A DNA stretch of 64,000 nucleotides from Pelagibacteraceae bacterium AG-333-C14 (GCA_003282485.1 QBZD01000001.1:23514-87513), one strand, 5' to 3'; counted from the first letter of the stretch, positions 33,508 through 42,329 are shown. Notes: a model not told the origin generated them from the letters alone. Program-made: numbers and translations.

Positions 33508-34628
33508 TATATAAACTCCTCATTGGTTATTTCTTTATTCTTAGTGACAAGTATACCTTTTATAATCTCATCTTCCCAATCAATGCTTAATTCTTTTGTC
33601 TCACTATCAATCAATAAATCTAAAAAATTCAAAATATTTTTAGAAAAAAGGGATGAGGCATCTTGAGAAATAGTTGATGTAATATTTTTTACACCGACGA
33701 CAGTAACTCCGTTCACATCATTTGATTCGCCAGCAGTTGAGCATTCACAATTGCCTCCACTTTCTGCTGCTAAATCAATGATTATTGATCCTGGCTTCAT
33801 AGAATTTACTTGCTCTTTTGAAATAAGTAGAGGGGCTTTTTTACCTGGTATCAAAGCTGTGCATATAGCTATATCTTGAGATTCTAAAGTTTCAGAAATT
33901 AGCTTTGCCTGTTTTAATTTGAATTCGTCACTCATTTCTTTTGCATACCCTCCAGATGTCTCAGCGTCTTCAATTTCATCGTCTTCAACCATTATAAATT
34001 TACCACCTAAGCTCTCAACCTGTTCCTTAGCGGCCATCCTGACATCTGTGGCCGAAACAATGGCTCCTAATCTTTTAGCCGTCGCTATCGCTTGCAGTCC
34101 TGCAACCCCGGCTCCAAATACCATTACTTTAGCAGGAGCTATTGTTCCCGCCGCCGTCATCATCATCGGCATTGCTTTGTTAAAAAGATAGGTAGCATCA
34201 ATAACAGCTTTGTATCCTGCTAAATTTGATTGTGAAGACAATATATCCATAGATTGAGCTCTTGTTATTCGAGGCATTAATTCCATTGCAAAAGATATCA
34301 CACCTTTAACTTTTAGCTTATTCAGTACTTCACTATTGTTATATGGGTCGAGCGATGCAATTAGTATGGAACCTTCATTCATAAGTGCAATTTCATCGTC
34401 ATTTGGTTTGTTAATTTTAAGTATCAGATCGGATTTACTAATATCAGTAATTTCATTTGATATTGTTGCACCACTTTTGACATAATCTTCATTAGAAAAG
34501 TTTGAATTTAGTCCAGCGTTGTCTTGAATGACTACATTAAGACCCCAGTCCATCATTTTCTTCACAGTATCTGGAGAAGCTGCCACTCTAGAGTCAGAAT
34601 TGCTTTCTTTAAGAATATAAACTTGCAT
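33507..34628 (-). CDS. pntAA: NAD(P) transhydrogenase subunit alpha part 1 (dI, NAD(H)-binding)
   Basis: Alanine-dehydrogenase/PNT fold. ESRVAASP, SSQSNLAGYKAV and VFGAGVAGLQAIATAKRLGA Rossmann motifs. Confidence 0.95.
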   Translation of the reverse strand: MQVYILKESNSDSRVAASPDTVKKMMDWGLNVVIQDNAGLNSNFSNEDYVKSGATISNEITDISKSDLILKINKPNDDEIALMNEGSILIASLDPYNNSEVLNKLKVKGVISFAMELMPRITRAQSMDILSSQSNLAGYKAVIDATYLFNKAMPMMMTAAGTIAPAKVMVFGAGVAGLQAIATAKRLGAIVSATDVRMAAKEQVESLGGKFIMVEDDEIEDAETSGGYAKEMSDEFKLKQAKLISETLESQDIAICTALIPGKKAPLLISKEQVNSMKPGSIIIDLAAESGGNCECSTAGESNDVNGVTVVGVKNITSTISQDASSLFSKNILNFLDLLIDSETKELSIDWEDEIIKGILVTKNKEITNEEFI

Positions 34629-34640
34629 AATAAATAGAAT

Positions 34641-34751
34641 TTATAATAAGAAAATTGCCATAAATACTAGGACTAAGACAACTACAACAGATCCCCAAAC
34701 AATTAGCTTTCCAAAAAATGAGTAAGTTTTTTTTTGTTCTGAAATGTCCAT
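34641..34751 (-). CDS. 36-aa single-TM micro-protein, resembling bacterial aa3-type cytochrome oxidase subunit IV (COX4_pro_2-like)
   Basis: Not in the ORF track because it is under 60 aa. ATG at 34751 gives MDISEQKKTYSFFGKLIVWGSVVVVLVLVFMAIFLL* with stop at 34641-34643, 12 nt before the pntAA start. By memory the pattern resembles Paracoccus subunit IV (..[28 protein letters not shown]). Confidence 0.45.
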   Translation of the reverse strand: MDISEQKKTYSFFGKLIVWGSVVVVLVLVFMAIFLL

Positions 34752-34840
34752 AATATTCAATGTAATATATTTCTTAATTTATAATTTAACAGCATTATTT
34801 TTATATAACTTTTAGTACAAAAATTTATTTTATTGAATTT

Positions 34841-35743
34841 TTACAATGCTTTAGAGGGCTTTGAATGATCCCAATCTATTACAAGAGATCTTAATGCCGC
34901 TACTAATGCCAAAGGTTGATCTACCATAATATGATGATGAGCTTCAGGAATATTTATTATGGGTGATTTTTTATCCATTAACTCATGCATGTATTTTGCG
35001 CTTCGACCCGGAAAAAGTAATGACTTTTCACCTCTAAATATTGCGACCCTACACTTTAAACCTTTAAGCTTATTACGATACATTGCTTGCCTTTCAGCAA
35101 AACTATCACTATTAAAAATTTTCATATAGTTAGGATCAAACTTCCATGTCCATCCTCCTTCTACTTTTTTAATAGATTTCTCTGCGATGTAATCCATTAC
35201 ATAATCAAGTGCATCACTTTGTGACGGAACAAGTCTAAACCTTTTTCTGATATCCGATTGTTTTTTATAAATTTTATTAGCTCTTATTTTTAAGTCAAAT
35301 TTTGGTGGCTTTTCTGAAGGAGGCATTATTGCAGTATCTACTATGACAAGGCCGTAAAGTGTTTTTTTCATAAATGAAGCAGCAATTACACTGCACATAC
35401 CACCCAAACTATGCCCTACTAAAATTGGCTTCTTAAGCTTCTCTTTTTTACAAACTCCAACTATTTCATCTCCCCAAGACTCTATTGAATATGTTTTCTT
35501 CCAATCACTTTCACCCATGCCACCTAAATTCATAGCTATAACTCGATGAGTTTTTGCAAAATACGGTCCAATAAAATTCCACCATTCCGCATGTGCCATT
35601 CCACCGTGAACAAATATTAGTCCAGGATTTTTTTTGTCACCCCAAGTATTGTAGACAATTTTTGTACCCTTAACTTTGACAGAACATATTTCTGGATTAT
35701 TACAGATTGAGTCTTTAAACCATTGAGGTGTATTTGTATTCAT
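34841..35743 (-). CDS. Alpha/beta-fold hydrolase
   Basis: 300 aa. HGGMAH oxyanion region, nucleophile elbow GHSLGG, and a C-terminal His (EAHHHIMVDQP). Confidence 0.75.
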   Translation of the reverse strand: MNTNTPQWFKDSICNNPEICSVKVKGTKIVYNTWGDKKNPGLIFVHGGMAHAEWWNFIGPYFAKTHRVIAMNLGGMGESDWKKTYSIESWGDEIVGVCKKEKLKKPILVGHSLGGMCSVIAASFMKKTLYGLVIVDTAIMPPSEKPPKFDLKIRANKIYKKQSDIRKRFRLVPSQSDALDYVMDYIAEKSIKKVEGGWTWKFDPNYMKIFNSDSFAERQAMYRNKLKGLKCRVAIFRGEKSLLFPGRSAKYMHELMDKKSPIINIPEAHHHIMVDQPLALVAALRSLVIDWDHSKPSKAL

Positions 35744-36444
35744 GAAGCGAGTTTTTCTAATGATTTAACTATTGTTTTATGTAATAGCCTTGAAACTCTT
35801 TTTATCTTAGTTGCGTTTGAAAGTAAATCATTTCTGACTTCTATTAGCACATGTGGAAGCTTATTACTCAAACCATGCCTATACATACTGTCGCCAATCA
35901 AATTACCTTTATAGGGCTTATTGTCTCCAACATTTATTTTTTGCAATCTGAGTTGATTAATAATTATACTACTCAAATTTTTGTCTTCATTTGAAAGTAT
36001 ACCAAATTCTAAAAGTCTTTTTTTATTCTTAAATATTGGATTAAAGGAATGAAGTGATAAAATAATATTTACCTTTTCATTTCTAATAATTCGAGCTATC
36101 TCATTATGGTATTTATTATATATTTTTTTAACTCTTAATCTTACCTCACATTTTTGAAGTCCAATATTCCCAGGAATTATTTTTCTATCTACTATTTCTG
36201 GAATAATAGTCGGATCATCTAAGTCTCTATTTAGATCAATGAGTAATCTTGAATATTTGCCTTGAATGACTCTACATTTTAATCGATTTGATAAATCTAA
36301 ACTTAGTTCTTTTACTCCAACGTCAAAAGCAATATGCTGATTTAAAACAGATTTTGGCAAGCCTAAATTATTTTTTTCTTTAGGTAAGTAGTTAGATGCA
36401 TGATCTGCAATTATAAGAATTTGATTTTCTAAGTATGCAACCAA
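35740..36444 (-). CDS. N-formylglutamate amidohydrolase family protein (FGase, PF05013-like)
   Basis: IIADHASNYLP near the N-terminus, LIDLNR, SLHSF and EVRNDL motifs. Apparent TTG start. Confidence 0.7.
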   Translation of the reverse strand: MVAYLENQILIIADHASNYLPKEKNNLGLPKSVLNQHIAFDVGVKELSLDLSNRLKCRVIQGKYSRLLIDLNRDLDDPTIIPEIVDRKIIPGNIGLQKCEVRLRVKKIYNKYHNEIARIIRNEKVNIILSLHSFNPIFKNKKRLLEFGILSNEDKNLSSIIINQLRLQKINVGDNKPYKGNLIGDSMYRHGLSNKLPHVLIEVRNDLLSNATKIKRVSRLLHKTIVKSLEKLAS

Positions 36445-36451
36445 ATGTTGA

Positions 36452-36577
36452 TTAACCTTGGCGGGCTTTCATTCTGGGGTTTTTTTTATTTATTACGTAG
36501 AGCCTGCCCTTACGTTTTATAAGTTTATTATTGCGATCTCTAGTTTTGAGATTTTTGAGAGAACTTCTTACTTTCAT
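36452..36577 (-). CDS. rpmJ: 50S ribosomal protein L36
   Basis: Not in the ORF track (41 aa). [41 protein letters not shown] is the alpha-type L36 sequence pattern (MKVRSSLK...GR.YVINK.NPR.KARQG). Confidence 0.9.
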   Translation of the reverse strand: MKVRSSLKNLKTRDRNNKLIKRKGRLYVINKKNPRMKARQG

Positions 36578-36708
36578 GATTGCTGCTCAATCTGAGGAGC
36601 ACTAGCCTCCTCAATTCTTTTAAGTCTAACCTTTTCCTTACGAAGATTATTCTTTTTAGAACGCTTTTTATTCAGTCGTGCTTCTCTAATTTTATTTGGT
36701 TTTTTCAT
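36574..36708 (-). CDS. Hypothetical highly basic 44-aa peptide, translationally coupled (ATGA) to rpmJ
   Basis: Not in the ORF track. [44 protein letters not shown]. Its TGA overlaps the rpmJ ATG. It could be a chance ORF in AT-rich DNA. Confidence 0.3.
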   Translation of the reverse strand: MKKPNKIREARLNKKRSKKNNLRKEKVRLKRIEEASAPQIEQQS

Positions 36709-36761
36709 ATCTACTGCGACCTTTTATATAAAAAGTGAAAAAAAACAATACATTATTTCTT

Positions 36762-36836
36762 TGGTGGGCACGGTTGGGATCGAACCAACAACCCCCACGA
36801 TGTCAACGTGATGCTCTACCACTGAGCTACGTGCCC
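36762..36836 (-). tRNA. tRNA-Val (anticodon GAC), CCA encoded
   Basis: The reverse complement folds by hand as GGGCACG-TA-GCTC-AGTGGTA-GAGC-A-TCACG-TTGACAT-CGTGG-GGGTT-GTTGG-TTCGATC-CCAAC-CGTGCCC-ACCA. This is a full cloverleaf with a 7-bp acceptor stem, a T-loop TTCGATC, and GAC at positions 34-36. Confidence 0.9.
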
Positions 36837-36882
36837 TATGACGATAAAACTATATATATCATTATTTATTGGCTATCCATAC

Positions 36883-38166
36883 TTATCGAGCAAATCTTTT
36901 TAAACCTTCTGGGGTAAACATATTTATGTCATGAGGCTCATTTAGTTTCCATTGTACTTTGGGTATATCGGTGGATCTAACGCTTTGTAATTGATAGCGC
37001 TTGGTGGCAAAATCATAAGTAGCAGAATGTATAGATAAGCACATGGGCTGATCATAAAAGTTAATAATTGGGAACTCTCGATACGCCATTATAGTGTTTC
37101 TATTGTCAAATGTTTCCTCAGATAACATATTGTGACTGTCAGTATCAAAATACATTATTCTTTTCGGAATTATGTGTCGTTTATCATCTTTAAGTTTTGC
37201 TTCGATAACATTTACTTTTACTAATTCATATCTTAAGAAATCCTGATTTACATGGTAAGGGGTTAATACTTCTTCAATTTTAGTTTCATGAAACTTGTAT
37301 GCATTGTATGGCATTAATCTTAATTGCTCGCCAAGATCTAACCAATTATATCTATCCTTGGCTCCATTGAAACCATCAACCTGGTCTACAGTTGTCAATC
37401 CCTGAGCAGCGCTCGGCATATAATCATAACTTATATCTGGAGCTCTTCGTACTCGTCTTGTTCCCGGATTATAAACCCATGCTTTACGAGGAGTCTTAAA
37501 GGCATTAAGTGATTCAATTACTAAAGTAGAAGCATCTGCTAACCGAGGTGGATTTGTTACTTTTGTCATCAGCATTCCTTGTAACCCTGCTTCTTCATTT
37601 GTTACATATGGATTCCAAAAATTTTTAGCAATGGCCTCACCAGCTCCATAGGTTTGGGTTCCATCTGGATTAATTATATAGAAAGGCGACGCACCATATA
37701 TTTCAACTCCCCTATATCTCAAAATGTGGTTCCAAACATGATGAAGGGCTTTAGATGGGCTTGGAAAAGGTATACTACCTACTACCCCTTCAACTCCTTC
37801 TCCATCATCAATTAGTAATGCATTTTCTTTTGTCAACTCTAAAACTTCAGGTGGCACTGCACAACTTCGTCTTGACGGATAAATATTCATTTTGAATGTC
37901 TTTGGATACGTCTCAAACATTTTAATTTGACCAGGGGTCAAGAGAGTTTCTTTAAATGAAATATAGTTTTCTGCATCTATAGTCATAATTATCTGGTCCA
38001 ACGAGAATGGATCAGGATAAGAGTCTGAATCAGAATTAAATTCTGACAATGGACTTGTAATTGGAGCTCTTTCTCCAATAGTTTCAATAGAAAAAATTGG
38101 GTCTGCAACTAAATTAAATGGTGCAAGTACCATCATAATCAAAATATTAATTTTTCTAATCACCAT
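36883..38166 (-). CDS. DUF1329-family periplasmic/outer-membrane-associated protein
   Basis: Signal peptide. GSIPFPSPSKALHHVWNHILRYRG resembles the (I/L)PFP...WNH..RYRG signature I recall for DUF1329. 427 aa is the typical size. Confidence 0.5.
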   Translation of the reverse strand: MVIRKINILIMMVLAPFNLVADPIFSIETIGERAPITSPLSEFNSDSDSYPDPFSLDQIIMTIDAENYISFKETLLTPGQIKMFETYPKTFKMNIYPSRRSCAVPPEVLELTKENALLIDDGEGVEGVVGSIPFPSPSKALHHVWNHILRYRGVEIYGASPFYIINPDGTQTYGAGEAIAKNFWNPYVTNEEAGLQGMLMTKVTNPPRLADASTLVIESLNAFKTPRKAWVYNPGTRRVRRAPDISYDYMPSAAQGLTTVDQVDGFNGAKDRYNWLDLGEQLRLMPYNAYKFHETKIEEVLTPYHVNQDFLRYELVKVNVIEAKLKDDKRHIIPKRIMYFDTDSHNMLSEETFDNRNTIMAYREFPIINFYDQPMCLSIHSATYDFATKRYQLQSVRSTDIPKVQWKLNEPHDINMFTPEGLKRFAR

Positions 38167-38216
38167 AACTATGATAAAAGCTCAAAAATTCAAATCAATA
38201 GTAATATTTAATATAT

Positions 38217-39020
38217 ATGAAAGAAAATATTCATAATTTTGTAAAATTTGCCAATTTTATAGCTGATGATGCTAGAAAAATTTCATTAAGCTATTTTAAG
38301 AAAAAATTAAAAATTAAATCAAAGGATAAAAAGAACTTTGATCCAGTTACTATTGCGGACATCAAAATTCAAAGAAAAATTAATGAAACGATAAAAAAAT
38401 ATTTTCCTAAACATTCAATCTTAGGAGAGGAGGCAAGTATAGAGAATATAAGTGAATATCAATGGTGCATTGATCCGATAGATGGAACAAAATCTTTCAT
38501 TCAAGGATTCCCTATCTGGGGAACTCTAATTTCCTTATCACGAAAAGAAGAAATTATTCTAGGCTTGGCAGATATACCTGCACTTAATGAGCGTTATGTT
38601 GGTTACTCAAAATTTTCTTATAAAATTAAAAATAGCATAAAGACAAAGCTTAAAGTAAAAAAAACAGATAAAATTAAAGAGAGTATTTTAAATACAACCT
38701 CTCCATATGTATTTGCAAATAAAAAAGATCAAAAAACTTTTGAAAAATTAGCGAAAGAGGTAAAAACTGTCAGACTTGGTGGGGATTGCTATAGTTATTG
38801 CCTACTGGCGGATGGGCATATTGATCTAGTAATAGAAAGTGGACTTAAGCCATGGGATATCAGAGCTATGGAGCCAATAATCAAAAATGCAGGTGGAGCA
38901 CTTAAAACTTGGGAGGGAAATAAAATTTTACATGGGGGAAGAATTATTGCAGCAACAAATGATAAATTATATAAAAAAGTTTTAAACAAAATGAATAAAA
39001 AAAACCCAGTTAAAAAGTAA
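38217..39020 (+). CDS. Inositol-monophosphatase-family phosphatase (possible histidinol-phosphatase HisN type)
   Basis: WCIDPIDGTKSF metal motif and the C-terminal WDIRAMEPIIKNAGG motif. This is the second IMPase paralog in the window. Confidence 0.65.
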   Translation: MKENIHNFVKFANFIADDARKISLSYFKKKLKIKSKDKKNFDPVTIADIKIQRKINETIKKYFPKHSILGEEASIENISEYQWCIDPIDGTKSFIQGFPIWGTLISLSRKEEIILGLADIPALNERYVGYSKFSYKIKNSIKTKLKVKKTDKIKESILNTTSPYVFANKKDQKTFEKLAKEVKTVRLGGDCYSYCLLADGHIDLVIESGLKPWDIRAMEPIIKNAGGALKTWEGNKILHGGRIIAATNDKLYKKVLNKMNKKNPVKK

Positions 39021-39029
39021 CTGGGTTTT
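39001..39029. terminator. Bidirectional hairpin terminator between convergent genes
   Basis: AAAACCCAGTTA (39001-39012) / TAACTGGGTTTT (39018-39029) is a 12-bp perfect inverted repeat with A/T runs on both sides. The left arm overlaps the last codons of the 38217-39020 CDS. Confidence 0.6.
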
Positions 39030-39052
39030 AAATTTAAACATTAAATAATGTT

Positions 39053-39367
39053 TTAACCAAGCGCATCCATTACTGATTGTAACTTCATTGCAATCGACAT
39101 ATCTCCAGAAACTTTTAGTTTTCCTTGCATAAAAGCAGATGTTCCGTCAACTTCACCTGACCTCATTTGCTCAAACGTCTCCATTGACATTGAAAGTGTA
39201 CAGTCAGCATCCTGATCCTGATCTGAAACAGTATTTGGATTTGATTTTCCATCAAGAAAAATACATCCTGCGTCCTCAAAATCAAATTTAACTGTTGCGC
39301 CAAGGCCAGTATCTTTACCTTCAATACCTTTTTGGAATTCTGCTAAAAGACTTGCTACGTCAGCCAT
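39053..39367 (-). CDS. SCP2 sterol-carrier-like domain protein
   Basis: 104 aa. The C-terminal FMQGKLKVSGDMSIAMKL is the SCP2 hallmark. Confidence 0.75.
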   Translation of the reverse strand: MADVASLLAEFQKGIEGKDTGLGATVKFDFEDAGCIFLDGKSNPNTVSDQDQDADCTLSMSMETFEQMRSGEVDGTSAFMQGKLKVSGDMSIAMKLQSVMDALG

Positions 39368-39442
39368 AATTTACTCCATTTATTAATTAAGAATGGCAAT
39401 AAAAACAATTTACTTTATATATGTCAACATCAAATTTATGAA

Positions 39443-40069
39443 TTGAGTATGAAAAAACCTATTTTCTGGGAAAAAGCAAAAAAGCATTTAATTAAAAAAG
39501 ATAAAAAGTTAGGTAGTATAATTAAAAATTATCCTAAAGATTTTCTTTTTTCTAAATCTGACCCATTTTACACATTAGCTAGATCTATAGTTGGCCAACA
39601 AATTTCAGTCAAAGCAGCCCAAGCCGTTTGGGATAAATTTGAAAATAGAATAAAAAGAGTTACTCCAATAAATACTGCTAACATGCATTTTATGAGAATG
39701 AAATCATGTGGATTATCTAGACAAAAAGTCTCTTATTTAAAATCACTTTCAGATGCATTTTTGAATAAAAAGATTATTCCTAAAAACTGGAAGAAGTTAT
39801 CAGATGAAGAAATCATTAACGAACTAGTACAAATTAAAGGGATAGGAAGATGGACTGCTGAAATGTTCCTCATCTTTAATCTTTGTCGGCCAGATATATT
39901 TCCAACTGATGATTTAGGACTAATCAAGGGTATTTGTAATTGCTACAACTTGAAATATCCAATAAATAAAGATACTGCTTTAGCAATGTCTGAAAAATGG
40001 GAGCCCTACAGATCTGTAGCAACATGGTATTTTTGGAGGAGCTTAGACCCAATACCGGTAGAATATTAG
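39443..40069 (+). CDS. DNA-3-methyladenine glycosylase II (HhH-GPD family, AlkA-like)
   Basis: IVGQQISVKAAQAVW, HhH IKGIGRWTAEMFLIF, and the catalytic Asp in PTDDLGL. Confidence 0.8.
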   Translation: MSMKKPIFWEKAKKHLIKKDKKLGSIIKNYPKDFLFSKSDPFYTLARSIVGQQISVKAAQAVWDKFENRIKRVTPINTANMHFMRMKSCGLSRQKVSYLKSLSDAFLNKKIIPKNWKKLSDEEIINELVQIKGIGRWTAEMFLIFNLCRPDIFPTDDLGLIKGICNCYNLKYPINKDTALAMSEKWEPYRSVATWYFWRSLDPIPVEY

Positions 40070-40070
40070 T

Positions 40071-40892
40071 ATGAATAAAATTAACTTTTCGTATGCTTCA
40101 AAATCAGAACATAACTTTGCCCAACGTCTAATTATAAAAACAATTGAGACACTTACAGGCAAAAAAAAATTAGAAAATTTGTACAAAAACTATACTGTTA
40201 ATAAGCAGAATCCGATAGCTTTCTGGTCAGATATTCTCAACGAAATGGAAATTAAAGTTGTTAATAAATCAAATAAAGAATTTATCATACCTAAGAAAGA
40301 CCCCCTTTTGGTTATTGCTAATCATCCTTTTGGTATTATTGATGGATTAATTTTATGTTCCTTAATATCACAATACAGAAGTGATTTTAAAATAATGACA
40401 CATGAAACTCTTCAGTTTTTACCTCAACTAGAGCAATTTATTCTACCAGTTGACTTTAGTGGTCAAACGAAAGAGTCAAAAATTTTAAATATTCAAACTG
40501 CAAAAGCTGCGAAAGAACATTTGTTCAATAATGGAATTATCATTATCTTTCCATCTGGAGGAGTGTCAGTTGCTAAGAATCTTAAGTCTGAAGCAATTGA
40601 TGATGAATGGAAATTATTCCCAGCAAAGCTAATTCACCAAACAAGAGCAAATGTTTTACCAATTTATTTTGACGGAAAAAATGGATTTTTATTTCATTTA
40701 TTTGCGTCAAAAATAAAGAATCAAACTTTGAAATACTCTTCATATATACATGAAACAAGAAGAAAAATTGGTAAAGAGATTATAATTTATTCTGGGGAAT
40801 TAATTAAGTACACGGATATAAAACATATTAAAGATAGAAATCAATTAACGACTTACTTAAAAGATATCACTTATCGCCTGAAACAAAAGTAA
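40071..40892 (+). CDS. Lysophospholipid/glycerolipid acyltransferase-family protein
   Basis: VIANHPFGIIDGL (H-x-D type acyltransferase block) and FPSGGVS block. The exact substrate cannot be determined. Confidence 0.5.
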   Translation: MNKINFSYASKSEHNFAQRLIIKTIETLTGKKKLENLYKNYTVNKQNPIAFWSDILNEMEIKVVNKSNKEFIIPKKDPLLVIANHPFGIIDGLILCSLISQYRSDFKIMTHETLQFLPQLEQFILPVDFSGQTKESKILNIQTAKAAKEHLFNNGIIIIFPSGGVSVAKNLKSEAIDDEWKLFPAKLIHQTRANVLPIYFDGKNGFLFHLFASKIKNQTLKYSSYIHETRRKIGKEIIIYSGELIKYTDIKHIKDRNQLTTYLKDITYRLKQK

Positions 40893-40899
40893 ATAAATT

Positions 40900-41832
40900 A
40901 TGAAAAATAATGGTTTGTACATCTATACTTTTTACAGATTCATAAATATTAAAAATAAAGCGAAAATTAAAATATTGTTAGATAAGTATTTTAAAGAAAA
41001 TATATTACGTGGAACAGTCTTGATAGCAAGTGAAGGTATAAATGCTTCTATTTCTGGAACCAAATATGATCTGGAAGAAACCATTAAGACTATAAAAAAA
41101 ATATTAAAAATAAGAAAACTAAATATCAAAGTTAATAGTATTAATTTTCTTCCATTTAAAAAAATTAAAGTAAGATTGAAAAAAGAAATTGTTTCTCTTG
41201 GAAAAGGAAAATTAAATTTAAGTAATTCAAAAAATACATTTATAGAACCTAAACTTTGGAATGAATTATTGAAAAAAAATAATTTAAAATTAATCGATAC
41301 CAGAAATACCTATGAAGTTTCTATCGGTAAATTTTCAAATGCAATAAACCCTCTTACTAATTCATTTCGTGAATTTCCACAAAAATTTAAAAATTTAAAA
41401 TTAAAAAAAGAAGAGAATATTGCCTTATATTGCACAGGTGGAATACGTTGTGAAAAAGCTACCTCCTTTCTTATTAAAAAAGGATATAAAAATGTGTTTC
41501 AGCTTAAAGGTGGTATTTTAAATTACCTAAACTTTATAAAAAATCAAAATGATAAATCAATGTGGGAAGGCGAATGCTTTGTATTTGATGATAGAGTCAC
41601 AGTTAATAAACAACTACTGAAAGGAGAATATGATCAATGTTATGCATGTAGAATGCCTATTAGTAAAAAAGAAGTTAATTCAAAATTATTTATTAAAGGA
41701 GTTCAGTGTCCTCATTGCTTTCAAAAAAAATCAAGAGATCAGTTGGCTAAGTACTCCATAAGACAGAAACAAATTGATAAAGCTGAAATTAATAAAACTA
41801 ATCATTCGTTTAAAAAAATATATAAAAATTAA
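40900..41832 (+). CDS. trhO: Rhodanese-domain tRNA uridine(34) hydroxylase (TrhO/YceA, UPF0176)
   Basis: UPF0176 N-domain (GTVLIASEGINASISG), rhodanese active-site loop YCTGGIRCEKA and a C-terminal Cys cluster. Confidence 0.85.
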   Translation: MKNNGLYIYTFYRFINIKNKAKIKILLDKYFKENILRGTVLIASEGINASISGTKYDLEETIKTIKKILKIRKLNIKVNSINFLPFKKIKVRLKKEIVSLGKGKLNLSNSKNTFIEPKLWNELLKKNNLKLIDTRNTYEVSIGKFSNAINPLTNSFREFPQKFKNLKLKKEENIALYCTGGIRCEKATSFLIKKGYKNVFQLKGGILNYLNFIKNQNDKSMWEGECFVFDDRVTVNKQLLKGEYDQCYACRMPISKKEVNSKLFIKGVQCPHCFQKKSRDQLAKYSIRQKQIDKAEINKTNHSFKKIYKN

Positions 41833-41837
41833 TTTTT

Positions 41838-42329
41838 TTATTTTTTTGACCTAAGGTGCTTTTTATACTTTTTCCAATCATCGGATGATATTATATAACC
41901 AATACAATTCTTTGCACCACATTTACAAACATGATCCTTATAATCATCTTTATCAAATTCATATCCATAATCATAGAATAGTTCATCACCCTTCTTTATT
42001 TTTTTTATAGAACTAATCCATATTCGTCCTCTTATTATATCAACTTCACAATTTGGGCTGCATGAGTGATTAATATATCTAGCTTTATTGTATCTTTTTG
42101 ATCCATCAATATCATACTTACTATTAAGTTCAAAAATATAGACAGATCCAGTTTCTTTGGAATTCAAATATCTTCTTATTCTTTTTTCAGATCTAACATC
42201 TCCCTCTTTCTTAGAGATTTTTTCTCCAATGTATTCTATTATTTTTGTATTTTTTGGAATATCCTCAGATGCGTATATACCTGTTCCATGAATTTTTGAT
42301 TTTTTAGCTAGCCATTTCATTTTGATCAT
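41838..42329 (-). CDS. SET-domain protein-lysine methyltransferase-like protein
   Basis: GTGIYA, ARYINHSCSPNC and ELFYDYGY, plus post-SET cysteines CKCGAKNC. 163 aa. Confidence 0.85.
   Translation of the reverse strand: MIKMKWLAKKSKIHGTGIYASEDIPKNTKIIEYIGEKISKKEGDVRSEKRIRRYLNSKETGSVYIFELNSKYDIDGSKRYNKARYINHSCSPNCEVDIIRGRIWISSIKKIKKGDELFYDYGYEFDKDDYKDHVCKCGAKNCIGYIISSDDWKKYKKHLRSKK

Noticed and set aside
36590-36625. An inverted repeat GAGGAG...CTCCTC inside the basic 44-aa ORF upstream of rpmJ, which could be a terminator or attenuator.
   Set aside because: The stem is short (6 bp), no U-run follows it on the transcribed strand, and the GAGGAGG is about 28 nt from the rpmJ ATG. The evidence is too weak to call a regulatory element.
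36735-36917. A 60-aa plus-strand ORF in the track (MKKNNTLFLWWARLGSNQQPPRCQ...).
   Set aside because: It is the antisense translation of tRNA-Val (36762-36836) and the tail of the DUF1329 gene, so it is spurious.
36762-42304. tRNA-Val as a possible integration site for the downstream glycan island (a classic tRNA-linked genomic island).
   Set aside because: The tRNA is about 5.5 kb from the island edge, with ordinary housekeeping-type genes in between. Those genes are an IMPase-family gene, SCP2, an AlkA-like glycosylase, an acyltransferase and trhO. I saw no integrase or recombinase gene and no obvious direct repeat of the tRNA 3' end, though an exhaustive repeat search was not possible by eye.
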